A program made the translations under genes and the position numbers. A stretch of DNA of 64,000 bases from Camelus ferus. Its lineage: Eukaryota. Shown here one piece after another: positions 36,921 to 50,400 of the stretch (position 1 is the first letter of the stretch; every line of letters begins with the position of its first letter). The notes beneath the pieces were generated by a model. That model ran no database searches, was not told where the DNA came from, and was given only the letters and a program-made list of their open reading frames with translations. The DNA is taken from positions 46,378,001-46,442,000 of the forward strand of contig NC_045696.1 in assembly GCF_009834535.1 (NCBI RefSeq), read 5' to 3'.

Positions 36921-38919
36921 CTGGCAGAAATGCAGAATGCCAAATAGGAGGAGCAGCAAAACCCTTGTGGACATTATATGAATGCTCTGCAGGATTGGGG
37001 TTAGTAATAATTGCTTGGGAAACACTAATATACAGTTAAATCACATTGATGTGGTCTAAGAAGTTCCCCATTTTGAGAAGATTTTCATTTATCATAGCTT
37101 CAAATTAGGAGACAAACTGTTGTGGCACTCAAAGAATATAACCACAGGTAACAGGAAAAGTTAATTGCTCTGAGTGGCTCATTTCCAGAGGTTCTTGATT
37201 TTCTGTTCTTTTTGTTTTATTGTTTATTTATTAATTTTAAACTCTGTAGTAACACTTGAAAGATGTGCTGGAATAGAAGGGGGTGAACCAGTCTTTAAAC
37301 GTTTTTGTTGCAGTGGAAGAATTTTGAAAACTATTGGATTCCCTCAAAGATTTCTTCAATGACATCTAAAATTTCATCATAGCTTTAATCATTTGCTAAT
37401 GATAAAATTGTCATTGATTGTAAGTATTGACATTTCTTAGTAAAACTGTTACAACCTTCTTAAATGTATTTAATTGAATCAGATACCATAGCTGTTTAAT
37501 ACTTAGCACTGTCCATTTACAACTACTCTCTTAACAGTCCGAAATTTTAGTGTTAATTTTTCTCTTTGAAGTCTTTATTATTTACTTTTCTCAGTAAATT
37601 TTATCCTTATGTGTTATTATGTTTAAAAAATCTCTTTTTGATCACCCTGTCATACTTCTGGTGACAAAATTTAATTTATGGTGACCATAAGACTTTAAGT
37701 GACTTTTTAAAAGTTATTATGGTGATTATCAGTACACAGTTGATCAAAATAATGTGTGAGTTATAAGTTTTGATAAATAATGTAGAGAAAAAATACAATT
37801 TTACTGAAAATTTATCTCAGTGCATTATTGGTGCTTTTCTACTAATTAGTTCATATATCAGCCCATGAATATTATTCACTGCAAAAAGAGTTCAGTATGT
37901 TAATATATACACTGTGAAATTTTGTTTACATAGATAAGTTGAAAAGGATGAGAGTATTAATATAGCAGTGTCACTCAGTTCTTTGAACTCCTCAGTTATA
38001 TTCAAAACCACAGTTCTCTGTCATTTAAAATTGTCTTTAATGATTTATCAGCTGACAAGCAAATTAGGTCCTCCTCCAATTTTATCAAGCAAAAAGTTGG
38101 CAAAACCACCTGAGTTGCAAGAGAAGAGAGATTAGGACCACGCACTTTTTTCACTACCAGTACTTCTAATTGTCCCCTTGTGTGCTGCTCAGAGGTTTTT
38201 TCCCTACCTTAAGAAATGCCCCAGAGTGAGGTTTGTGATGGGTGACTGAGTGCCTTGATTTTGTAAAGCGGAGGAAAAGGATTGGAAAAGGGAAGGTGGG
38301 AAACGTGAACCTGCTCTCCAGGGCCATTCTCAGTCACATCAGTTTTAGGAAAGGGTGCCTAGAAAGGTTGATATGGAAATTGACTTGCCGTCTATGTGCC
38401 TGCATACCCTTCATATCCTTTGGAAAGTCTCATGTACTTATAGGAGTTTGGCTACCCTAATTTAAAGACTGTTGTCCTAATAACCAGTATATTGTGGGCT
38501 CTTAATTTAAAAGAATTTTTTTTTTGTCTCTCGTGTGTGTGCATATGTGTGTGTGTGTGTCTGTCTGTATGCCTGTCCTTTAAGCTTAAAACACTGCTGA
38601 CCAAGGTAAATAGTTTCTGTTGTCTAAGGTAATGTCATAGATCTTAATTGCTTCTAAGCATCTGTTTATAAATTGTCCTTTTCTGAGTATGAATCTTCAC
38701 AATCCTAGTTCTCTATAAATTCTCCAGGGCAGGATTAACACTTGAATTGTCTGTAACTTTTTCCCCTGGACATCTTTTGCTTGTCCTACTCATATTTACT
38801 AGCACCTTGGCAAAGTATATCTTACATAACTCAATGTAAGAATTACATGCAATTTTGAATAAACAACTAACAGTCAGCCACAGTCAGGTTACTTTTTTAC
38901 TCCTGATTTATTTCTTTTG

Positions 38920-39090
38920 GGAATCAGTTCATAAAATTACCACAAGAGACCTCAGACGTAATTTATGTCATCTCTTTCCTTTTACAGAAAATGAAACCAG
39001 AGAGATTAAGCCAATTGTTCAAGGTCATTGAGGTAGCATTAGAATAGGAGAATGGTGTCTCCTAACTCCCATTATTACATCTTTTGCTAC
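38920..39090 (-). mobile_element. MIR/MIR3 fragment
   Basis: ttttacagaaaatgaaaccagagagattaag...ttcaaggtca...gtctcctaactcc. Confidence 0.6.
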
Positions 39091-39369
39091 ATCACACCTC
39101 TGCTGCCTTATGCCAAATTGCATTCCTTACTCCACGCTATTTAATATTATATGTCTTGGGGACTGGTTAGCTTTTGTCATTTCAGGATTATTTTTTAAAT
39201 AGACATTTGCTTTATCATTGAAGACTTTTCTCAAAACAAAAATGCTCCTTATCCCCTGGCAAATACTTTCTGCCGCACAGTAGGACACAGCCAGGAGAGC
39301 CTGGGGCCCTGGCCGCCCCAGGGCAGTGGCACTGCGGGAGGGAGGGGATGTTAACAGGTCAGTAGAGGT

Positions 39370-39939
39370 GGATTGGCAGAGCAGGGGCTGGTGGGAGGTG
39401 GGAAGCTTACATCATTTCCCTGCAGCTGGGCTCTGGCGAGGCTGTAAGGCCTCACCTTCCCCTGAGTAATAGTTTGCCAGATTGGCAGAGATTCGTAAAA
39501 GAAAGAAAAGGTACGGCAGGACGGATGCTCACCCTGTTCGTAAATCTGTGCTATAAGATGAAACTGTCAATAAGTAACTAGAAGCAGCCAGGACTATCTG
39601 TGCTTCGCTCTCCCCCAGCTCAGTTCCTTTCTGCTCCGCCCCATCCCTGCTCTCTCTGCTGCTCAGATCAGCTTCCTGCTTCTCATGAAAGCTGTTCTCC
39701 TATAAAGCTGGTCTGCTTTCACTGAAAGCATTATATTCATAAGTCTGAGTCAGGTTTTGTGGAAGTATTGTTGGTTTAGTTTTCTTTGGGGGACGGAGTA
39801 GGAGGGAGGAATTTAAAAAAAAAAAGGAAAGGGCAGGCTGAAAAAGCAAAATCATCATGAATTTTGTTGTCACATCGTGCCGGTGTTATAACCAGCTTTG
39901 TAGACTGCCGCACTGAAAATATTTCTGTGAGAGGTATGT
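39370..39939 (+). promoter_or_regulatory. Candidate internal promoter and alternative first exon
   Basis: Inverted CCAAT (attgg 39372, 39481), GC box ctccgcccc 39634-39642, TATAAA 39701-39706, AP-1 TGAGTCA 39746-39752, donor GAG|gtatgt 39933/39934; unique, CpG-enriched sequence. Confidence 0.5.
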
Positions 39940-41185
39940 GCCTGAAAAATGGAAAGGTGGCTGTTGGCTATAGAGCAGACTGTCTGCCCAGCGGCTGCTC
40001 AGATGGCTGTAAGGTCGTAATTCTTTCTAGTGTTTTGATATGGAAAGAGCAATCATTACTTGAAATGTGCTACAGTTAGCCAGCTACTAGTAAAATGTTA
40101 ACTGTGTGCTTGGTCCCCGCATCAGAACTCCTGAAATGCTCGTTCAGCCTGAATCTTGTCTAGTCAATTCCACGGCGTTATTCCAGGCTTGTTTGATGGT
40201 TGTTGTCTGTAAACAGGGTAATGATTGTTCATATTTCTCGTTATTTAGAACCACATGACAAAGATTAATGAGAGACTTTGAGTAGCCTAGAAGAAGCTTC
40301 AGATTCGTTTGGAGCTTTTTGCATTGACAGATGGCAAAAGTAAAAGGAAATTGTTGATGATTTACCGTAACCTAAAGTGAAAGTTTTAAAGTTTAAAGGG
40401 TGTGTTACGTCTAAGTGGAAAAATCTGGAGGGGTCTCTAAAATTTAGAAGCATAACTCCACCCGTCTAAGTGTTTGCTTGACCTATATTAAGACCAGAAG
40501 GCTCTGGTTAAAAAAAAAAAGAAGACCAGAAAGCTCTGGATGTATCTTTTCTTCAAAGGAGATTAGGAAATGTGTATAAATGCCTCCATTCAGTGGTCAA
40601 AGGAATAGGATAGGATTAAGAATAAGGATAAAACCAAAAACTGAGGAAAGTATGGGGGACTTTATATTGATTACAAAAAAAAAAAAATTCCAGGCTATTA
40701 TGTTATAAAATGTTTTAGAAAATATTTAAAATTAAAAAATAACATATTTTATCATGTACATGGGGTAAGCAACTAGTGGCAGAGACCATTCAAACTAGCT
40801 TCTGCTTGATGTTAAAAATTATTTTATGGAAGAAACTTGAGAACTCTTGAATGTTTTAAATTTATTTTACATAACTTTGGAATTAAATTGTTCAAATTTA
40901 TCAACATATACACATGTCAGTGTTGTCCTTTTCCACAAAGATGGTAATGCTTAAATCATTGAAAGCACTTATTCATGAATAGAGTAGGTTACCTAATATA
41001 ACTCAGTGTGAATTCTTCCCTTTAAGAGGCTGCGCCATTTAAACTTGATTTCTTCTCAAATATTTACAAAGAGAGCCAATCTTCATAGGTTAAAAATAAG
41101 TAAACCTAATTCAGGCTTCTGAGAAGGAATCCCCTCTGCACTACACCACACACAGACAGGTGGCCACCCTGACTGTGTTTACCTT

Positions 41186-41360
41186 GGTCATTCTCAAGTG
41201 TAGCTGCACATTAGAACCCCCTGAAGAGCCTTTAATACCTACCGTTGCCCAGGCCTAACCCCAGGGATTCTAATTTAATTGGTCGAGGGTAGGGCCTGGG
41301 CATTGATAGACTTAAAACCATTCCCAGGGTTTCTGTGTGTAGCCAGAGTTGACAGTCGCA
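41186..41360. mobile_element. MER5A DNA transposon, near full length
   Basis: ttctcaagtgtagctgcacattagaacccctgaagagc...tgcccaggcct...gattctaatttaattggtc...gggcctgggcat...agccagagttga. Confidence 0.85.
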
Positions 41361-41384
41361 TTACCTGAGCGTTCCAGCAGTGAT

Positions 41385-42305
41385 GAAGCAACAGCCCATT
41401 GTGTTTTGGGTTCTGTTTGACACCAAATCTGCTTTGGGTATGTGTCCTCTTAGATCTGAACTCTTTCACTAGCAGCTCATCAGATATTTAATATCTCTCC
41501 CTTAAGACTTTGCTTTTCCAGGCAAAATAGTCTTTGTTTCTTCAGTCTTGAGGGCTTATTTGCTAGATCCTTTCCCATTCTGCTCACTTCCTGTCTTGAA
41601 ATTGAGCATGTGTTGTCAGTATCACTCTTAAAGAGGGTGTCCTCGGGACAGAGCTCATCATTCTGGAAGTGTGGTGCCCAGCACAGGATGCAGAGAATGC
41701 AGTAAAACTGTAACTCCCTTGTTCTGGACACTACACTTCTGTTGTTGGTGGCTAAGATTATGTTAGCTTTTTTAGCAGTCACGTCACACTGTTGACTCAT
41801 GTTGAGCTCAAAGTCAGCTCAAGCTCTTAGTTCTTTTTCACATGAACTGTACTGAAGTCAGGCCTCTACTACTCCGTGCTTGGTGGATTTTTTTTCACTG
41901 TAGTACCAGGGTTTATATTTGTACTTGTGAAATGTAAGAGGAAAACCCAATGAATCAGTTATTCCACAGAGGGAGAGTGATGTATCCAAACTGAATGCCA
42001 GAAGTTTGTTATATGCGTGTAACAGTAATTCTAGAGTAATCTAGACTATTCATCTGAATCCACAGTTAAATTTAATCTTGTTAGTTCAGTCCATCTTTCC
42101 AGCATTCCTTCTGATTCATTACTCAATGCTTGCTTTTCAAAGTAATGACCTATTTGACTGTACAGCCTGTCTTACTGTTTGTATTCAATACTTGGTCAAA
42201 TGGCTTTCCAAAATCAAAATACATCCATGGCATTCTCCTGAACTATTTGTGTGATATCTTTATTTTAAAAGGAAATGTGTTGAATTTGTCATGGCTTTCT
42301 TGTTT
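41385..42305 (-). mobile_element. L3/CR1 LINE, 3' part of the reverse-transcriptase ORF
   Basis: ORF 41480-41800 translates to MSQQCDVTAKKANIIL...RSVVSRTRE...LFCLEKQSLKGE, matching CR1 ORF2 motifs (MSQQC.LAAKKAN.ILG; LFSLEKRRLRGD); interrupted near 41935-42065. Confidence 0.88.
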
Positions 42306-42309
42306 AACG

Positions 42310-42440
42310 ACAGAAGTAGAAGAAACTATTTTGCAGATGAGCAGATGATGACTTGTCTAAGATCACACAGTTTGCTACTGTCAAGGCTAGAACCCAAATC
42401 CAGCTCTACTGGTGTTCACTCCAGTGCTCTGTGGATCAGA
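42310..42440 (-). mobile_element. MIR fragment
   Basis: attttgcagatgag...tgacttgtctaagatcacacag...ctagaacccaaatc. Confidence 0.7.
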
Positions 42441-44461
42441 CTGCAAGTGCCAATGCCATTTGTCATTTAGGATAAGACTTCAAAGGAAATTGAAAGGAAT
42501 TAAGACCTCCATGGATATTTCACTGTTTCTTTTGGAATATTTAATATTTAATACCTTAACATATAGCTGAATCAACTCTTGATTTGTTATTTATTTAATA
42601 TTCTGCCCAGATCAATAAAAGAGGAATAAAATAACCAGCCAGCATTCCTAAATAAACTGCAGAGAATAGTATTCTTAGTAGTTTGGGCATCCTAGCTCCC
42701 TTTGGAAAGTTATTTCACAGCCTCCTGCCCACTGCATACACACACAGTGGATGGTAGAGTAATATCACTTTGTTCATAGTGAATCACAGCACGGGAAGAT
42801 CTTGTATATTAAACGAGAGGCATATATAGGTTAACTTCTAATTTTGCAGGTGAAGAAACTGAGGCCCAGGTACGAAAGGCTTACTGAAGCTGTAGTGCCT
42901 CGCTGTGTACTTAGTATATAAGCAATATTAGTACATAATACATATGTAGTAAATACCTGGATATTGCACAGCTTTCTTCAGTGTTGTTTTCTTTTCCACA
43001 CAGGAATTGGATTTTACCTTTCTTTTTCCCCAGCTTTGCCCTTGGGCAATTCATTTCCTTTAAAGTGTTGAAATGGAACAGATTTTTCAAGAATACCTAT
43101 TACTTTAGGAAATCACCAGTGATATAGTAAAAGCTCAGGTAACCAGGTTTATTTTTTCCCGCTTTTTGACTTATAGGAAAATAAGCTCCTTTTCTCCCTT
43201 TTGAGAAATTTATTTCAAACAATTTAGTTTAAAAAAAAGGAGCTTCCAAAGAATGAATAGCCTAGGGCCAGTCTGTATACATTTAGTCCAAATGTGCACA
43301 TCTTCATTAGGGTCCAGTGAAAACCGATGCTCACAAGGCTGCCCCTAATGTATGATAAGACCTGCAGTCACCAGTGATTTAATTATGCTCACTGTACGGT
43401 ACTTACTAAAGCAAGAACGTATTCCTTAATACATTTTAGAAAGATTTTCAATACTAGTAGTTGAAACAAAAAGGCCTTATAAGTAAATTTAGTCAGTCAG
43501 ACTAAACTCCTCCTCCAGCCTTTTGGTTAATATAGGTATGATTGTGTGTCTTTCTTCACAGTTTGGAAGCACCCAGTTTTAGTAACCTGAGTCTGGCAAA
43601 ATATGAACAGTAATACCCTGTGAAGCTGTACTTTTAGAGCATCCCTTGCTGCTTTTGCAAAACCCAATAGTCCCAAGTGTCTATTTCCTACTTTATAAGC
43701 ACATTTTACATCAGTTAATAGTGGTTGTATTTTTACATGGCTATTCTTATGTCGTATCTTGAAATCCAGTCTCATGAGCCCTTCATTATTTTTAATGCTT
43801 CATAATGGTGCTTTTAATGATGTTTTTAGTAGGTAACGAAGATACAAATGTATACAGAACTATGAACCATGTATACATGAACTATACAGAAGCATACAGT
43901 TGAAAACTGTAATATGAAAAATAAGTGTAGGCATGATTACTAGTGGGATTAGTCAAGAAGTAGTATTCAGTACAAAGTGTCCATATTTAATTTGAAATCA
44001 ACATGGGATATTGGAAAAAACATGAGATTGGGAAATACAGATTTGTTATGAATACTTGTAGAATTTTAAAATGTAAAGATCTAAAACCCTAACATCTTTA
44101 AATTACTATTTAGAGAGTGCTATAGACATATTTTCTAAAGCTTCAAACAAATTATTTTTTATGTGGCACATCCCAATGGTCATTTTCCTATATTTTTTTC
44201 CTTGTTAATTGTTTGTATCATTATTAAGAGACTGGGTCGAGCTTATCAAACTTTAGAAAGAATGATGGATTAACTAAACTTTATGTTTAATTTTCAGTAT
44301 TTATTTACAAATCATGTGTTGTTTTTCACACAGCAAACTTAACAACCTCTAACAAAATGTGTGTGTGTGTGCCCACAGTTGCCCTTAAAGCCCATAAACT
44401 GGCAAAGAATTGCAAGAAATTAGCGCATTGGGTGTTAAATTATTCATAGTGAATAATAGTC

Positions 44462-46538
44462 TGTCTTAGTCTGTTCAGGCTGCTATAATGAAATACCACA
44501 GACTGGGTGGCTTATAAATAAAAAACATTTGCTTCCTATATTTCTGGAAGTTGGAAGTTCGCGATCAGAGTGCCAGCATGGCCAGCATGGCCCTCTTCTG
44601 AATCGCAGCTTCTTGTATCCTCACATGACAGAATGGCCAATTAAAGGGCGCTACTCCCATTCATGAGGATTCCACCTTTATGGCCTAAGCACTTTCCAAA
44701 GGCCTCAGCTTCTAATACTGTCACATTGGACACTAGGATTCCAACGCATGAATTTGGGAGTGGGGACACAAGGATTTAAACTACAGCATTCTGCCCCTGG
44801 CCCCCAAAAATTCATGAATTTCTTGCATGCAGAATGCATTCATTGTCATCCCAGTAGCCCTCCAGATCTTACTGGTTCTAGCATCAATTCAAAAGTCTAA
44901 AATCTAAAGTCTCATCTAAATATTATCTACATCAGGTATGGGTGAGTCTCAGGGTATGATTCATCCTGAGGCCAAATTCCCCTTTAGCCGTGAATCTGGA
45001 AATCAGTTATGTGCTTCCAAAATGTAGTAGTGGGACAGGCATAGAATTAAACACTCCGGTTCTAAAAGGACAATAGGCAAGAAAGGGGCAATAGTTCCTA
45101 AGCAAGTCAGAACCCAGCAGGACAAACAGCATCAAGTCTTAAGGCTCAAGAATAATCCTTACTTGATGCTCTGCCTGCCAGGTCCACTGGGGCAGGAGTC
45201 CCACTTTCGGGACACAGTAGAGTGTCCCTGCACCCCCCTGGCTTTGCTGACCGCAGCCTCACAGCATCTCCCAGGCTGGAATGGTACACCTGTGGCTCTG
45301 CTGGTTTGGAGTTGCAGTCCTACCCCAACAGCTGTGCTGGGCATTGCCCTAGTGGGGGGCTCTGTGGTGGCCTTGCCCTTGCTCCGCCCTCTGCGTGGGT
45401 CTTGCGCCTAAAACTCCAGGTGTCTCCATTCTTTGAAATTTAGGTGGAGATAGCCACTCTCCAACAGCTCTGCTGGGGAGGATTCTGGCTGCCATGGCTT
45501 TTGGTGGGAGTCTTTTGGCCTGTTGAAACCCCTCCCCACTTTTGAAACTGAACAGGAAGCTCTGATGATCTCTGAATCATCTTACCTTAAATAACGCACG
45601 TGTGAAGCAGAATAGATCTAGGTCTCCCTCCTGTGAATTTCAAGAAGTCCTATAAACAACGTTCGTTTGTTCTGTCTCCTTCCCTTTGGGCTCAAATTGC
45701 CGTTTTCTTCCTGGGGTGGCTGATTAAATCTCTGTTTCATACACATGCCAATCTTCTTATCAAAGGGTCTCTTGGCCACACCTTTAGTCATCTTTTCCAA
45801 ACATGCTTGCTCATTTTTTGTAATATGGCTAAGCCGAGAATTTTCCAGATTTAAAATTTTTGCTTCCCTTTTGATTAAAAATTCCATCTTTAAGTCATTT
45901 ATTTCTTCTCACATTTTACTATAACATTCGAGGGAACCAAGTGGCACCTTTAACACTTTGCTTAGAAAAAGATTCACCCAAATAGAGAATTTCGTTGGCT
46001 ATTTCTGTTTTCCGCAAGACAGTACTAGAAGTTTTTATCTTCCTCAAAACACTAGGTCATGAGCACAGTTCAACCACGTTCTTTGCACCTTTTTAGAACA
46101 ACAATGGTCTTTCCTCCAGTTTTCAGGAACATGTTCCTCATTTCCATCCGAGACTTCATCAGGATGGCTTTAACTGTCCATATTTCCATTAACATTCTGT
46201 TCAAGACCACATCGGTGTTCTCTAGGAAGATTGAGGCTTTCTCTGAAGCTCTTCTCTTCTTCTGAGCGCTCACCAGAGTAACTTTTAATGTTCCGTTCAC
46301 CATAATGTAGGCTTTTTCTAGCATGCACTTCAAAACTCTTTCAGCCTCTACCCGTTACTCAGTACCAATGCCACTTCACTTTTTTAGTTATTTGTTAAAG
46401 CAGCAGCACACTTCTAGTACTAATTTTCTGTCTTAGTCTATTCAAGGTGCTGTGACAGTATCACAGACTGGGTAGCTCATAAACAACAAACATTAATTTC
46501 TCACAGTTCTGGAGGCTAGAAATCTGAGATCATGGTCG
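44462..46538 (-). mobile_element. ERVL-MaLR (MLT1A/MST-type) provirus: 3' LTR 44462-44788, internal region 44789-46428, partial 5' LTR 46429-46538
   Basis: Two direct copies of tgtcttagtc...cacagactgggt...ataaa...ttctgga; PPT (ttctgcccctggccccc) next to the left LTR; PBS-like cttctagtactaattttc next to the right LTR; 5-bp TSD tagtc. Confidence 0.9.
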
Positions 46539-46829
46539 TAGTCTGACTATGAATGACAAAGCTTCTTACTAGGAGAATTATTATTGCCCTTCATATTTAG
46601 AATGTTTCAAAGAAAATAGATACCAAGTATCTTTATCAAACAGGTCTAAATTAACCTAAAAAAGCACCAAACCAAATATATATGAGTCGTATATTGAAAT
46701 ATATTGATTTATACCTTAGATATTACCTTTGCATAAATCTAAGAATTATTTGATTCTTTGTGTTAAAACACTTCAGTTAGGTTTAAGTTGTATAGGTATC
46801 TCTTTCATTATTCAATAAGGGATCGATTC

Positions 46830-47445
46830 TCATCTGAGAGTTCAGGAAAACCCATTTTGGAGGAAGTAATGGATAAGATAAAGTCTGATGAGTAGATATT
46901 AGGTAGATTGGGCTGGGAGTGGTAGGAGGAAATGCAGAGGCTCTGAGGTGAGAAAGTACAGGATGCCTAGGAGAAACTAGAAGAATATTATGGCTGGAGT
47001 TTATAGAAGAGTAAAAAAGGTGGAATCGTGCAGGTAGAAACCGGAATATGTGGGCTTTTTTGTGCTTTGATGAGATTATTGCAAGCACAGTGGGTAACAC
47101 TGAAAAGTTTTTGGCTAGAGAGTGAGGTGTTCGTATTTACACCTTGTAAAGATAAGTTTGGTTTCTACGGTAGGGATGCTTTTGAGGGAGGCACAAATGG
47201 GGATGCAGAAGTCAGTCAAGAGATTGTTATAGTGTAGCTTAGAACAGGTTTACCAGTGAAGATGAGAAGAATGGTCTCATCTTTTCTGATTTACCATTTA
47301 TTTAGGAACTTGGATTAATTGTGTTTTATGATTGACTAGGCGTGTGAGAGTGAGACAGAGGAAATGACACATTAACATTAGTGTCTGGTGCACTGGATGA
47401 TCAAGTGACAACTGCCTATACAGGGATGGCCCTAGGAAAAGCAGA
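46830..47445 (-). mobile_element. L2 fragment
   Basis: aatgcagaggctctgaggtgagaaag...tggctggagt...cactgaaaagttttt...gagattgttatagtgtag. Confidence 0.7.
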
Positions 47446-47449
47446 TCTT

Positions 47450-50400
47450 CTTCAAAGGGTTTTTGGCAGGGCAAAAGTCTTGAATTTTGTTAAGAGTTCA
47501 GTTTATCAGTTTTTCCATTTTGGATGTGCTTTTGTTGTCAGGTCCAAGAACTCTTTACCTAACCCTACGTTCTGAAGATTTTCTCATTTTTTTCTCTAAC
47601 AGCTCTTTAGTTTTGTGTTTTACATTTACATTCATGATTCATTGTGAGTTAATTTCTGTTTAAGATGCAATTCTTAGGTTGAGGTTCTTTCTTTGCATGT
47701 GAATGTACAGTTGCTCCAGCACTGTCGGTTTGAAAAGCAACTCCATTGCTTTTGTGCCTTGGTCAAAAGTAAGATAGTCATATTTATATGGGTCTATTTC
47801 TGGATTCTCTGTTCTGTTTCATTGATCTATGTGTCTGCCTCTCCACCAATATCATACATTCTTGATTATTACTGTAGCTATGTATTAAGTCTTGAAATCA
47901 TGTAGATTGATTTCTCACACTTCATTCTTTATTTTCAAAACTGTTCTAGCTATTCTAGTTCCTTTGTTTTTCTATATAAAGTCTAGACTAATCTTGTCTC
48001 TATCTATTGAATCTTCAAAAATCTTTCTGGGATTTTTTTTAAATTGTGTTAAATCTGTATATCAGTTTGGAGAGAATTTAAATCTTTATTATATTTAGTC
48101 TTCTATTTCTTGAACACAGTGTATCTCTTCATTTATTTAGATCCTTGATTTTTTTTCCTTGAGCATTTTATACTTTTCAGCATACATGTGTTGGACATGC
48201 TTTTATCAGATTTAAATATAAAATAATTCATATTATTTCATTTTTAAAAACTACTGTAAATGGTGTTGTATTTTTAATTTTGGTGTTTACATATTCATTT
48301 CTAGTATATAAAATATGTCATTCTGGCATCCATGTGTTCATTGCTCATAAATAAAAATACAATTGATTTCTGTATGTTTAATTTGTATTTTTTGACCTTT
48401 TAAACTCATGTATTTATTTTAGAAATTGTTTTTGTACATTCCTTGGGATTTTTCATGTAGACAACCCCGTCATCTGCAAATAGGGATAGTTTTATCTCTT
48501 CCTTTTAGAACTATATGCCTTTTATTTCCTTTCTTTAGTTTACTGTGCTGGCTAGAACTTGCAGCACTATACAATAAAAGTGATGAGAGTGAATATTTTT
48601 GCCTTGTTTCTGATCTTAGGGAAAGGGCATTCAGTCTTTTACTGTTATAAATATTAGCTGTAGGTTATTTTTACATGCTTTTCATCAAGTTGAAGAGATT
48701 CTCCTTGATTTTTCTTACTGAATGTTTTTATCATGAATGGATGTTGAATTTCGTTGAATACTTTTCCTGAATCAGTTGATATGATCATATGATTTTTCTC
48801 TTTTTACCTATTAACATGGTGGATAGTATTAATTGATTTTTGAATATTGAACTATCCTTGCATTCCTGGAATAAATCTCTGGTTATGTTATGTAATTCTT
48901 TTCATATATTGCTGAATTCTGTTTGCTAATATTTTGTTAAGGATTCTTGCATCTGTACTAATGAAGAATAGTGATGTGTAGCTTTCCCTTTTGGTACTTT
49001 GATTTTGGTATCAAGGTAATACCAAATCAGTTTTTCTGTTTCCAATTTCATTGATTTCTTATCTTTAGTATTTTCTTAATTTCTGCTTATTTGGATTTAT
49101 TTGTATCTTTTCCAAGGTTCTTGGGGTGGGAATTTAAATTACTGGTTTTAAAACTTTCTTTTTCAAAAGAAAGCATTTAGTGCTACAGATTCCCCGTCAA
49201 ACACTGCTTTTGCTGGGTCCCACAAATTTTAATAGGCTATATTTTTATTTTCATTTAATTCAATGTGTTTTAAAAAAATTTCCCTTGAGACTTTTGATTC
49301 ATGCATTATTTTTAAGTATATTATTAGCTTTCAAGTGTTAGGGAGTTTTCCTGTTATCTTTCTGTAAACAATTTCTAATTTGATTCTGTTTGTGATCAGA
49401 GAATATACTCTGTAAGATTTCTATCTCTTTAAATTTGTTGTTTTATAGACCAACATATAGTCTTTCTTGGTATGTGTCCCTTGGGCACTTGAAAAAGAAT
49501 GTGTATTCTGCTGTTGTTGGGTCAAATGTTCTATAAATGTTAGATCCTCTTCTTTGATGGTGTTATTGAGATCTTGTATATTCTTTCTGATTTTCTCTCT
49601 TTAGTCATTTAGTCAATTGCTGAGAGAAGTTTGTCATTGTCTCCCATTCTAATTGTGGATTTATGTCTCATTTCAATTCTATAGATTTTTATTTTACATA
49701 TATTATAGATGTGTTATTAGTACATACATACTTAGGATTGCTCTGTCTTCTTGGTGGTATGGCCCATTTGTCATGAGGCCCTCAACATCCCTCTCTATGT
49801 CTGATGATTTTCTTTGAAGTCTACTTTTCTAATTAATATAGCATTCTTGTTTTATTTTGATTAATATTTGCAGGGTATACCATTTCCATTCTTTTATTTT
49901 CAGCCTACCTATGTCACTATATTTGAAGTGAGTTTTTTGTAGCATATAGTTGGATCATGTTTTTTAACCCACTGCCAGTCTGTCTTTTTAATTAGTGCAT
50001 TTACTTCCACTTTCTTTATGTCCCTTTACTTCCTCCATTTATAATACAGTTGTCTTAAGCACTTATCTACATACATTTAGAACTGTATTAGGCACTTTAC
50101 AGTTTGTTAAAACCATCAAAAATAATTTAGAAAATTCAGGAGAAGAAGGAAAGCATGTTGTATTTACCCATATTTTTATCATGTTCTTTTTTCTTCTTTA
50201 CGGTCGGAGATTTCTTCTTTTATGTTTTCCTTTTCATTTATTGGACTTCTTTAGTCACTCTTTTTGGTCAAGGCTACTGGTGAAAATTCTCTTGAGTTTT
50301 CTTTCACCTGATAATATCTTTATTTTCATTTCCTTCCTGAAGGATATTTTCATTGGATATAGGATTCTAGGTTAATAGTTCTGTTCTTTTAGCCCTCAAA

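Noticed and set aside
45159..46333. ORFs in the MaLR internal region
   Set aside because: Fragmentary and present in several frames; decayed internal sequence with no intact gag
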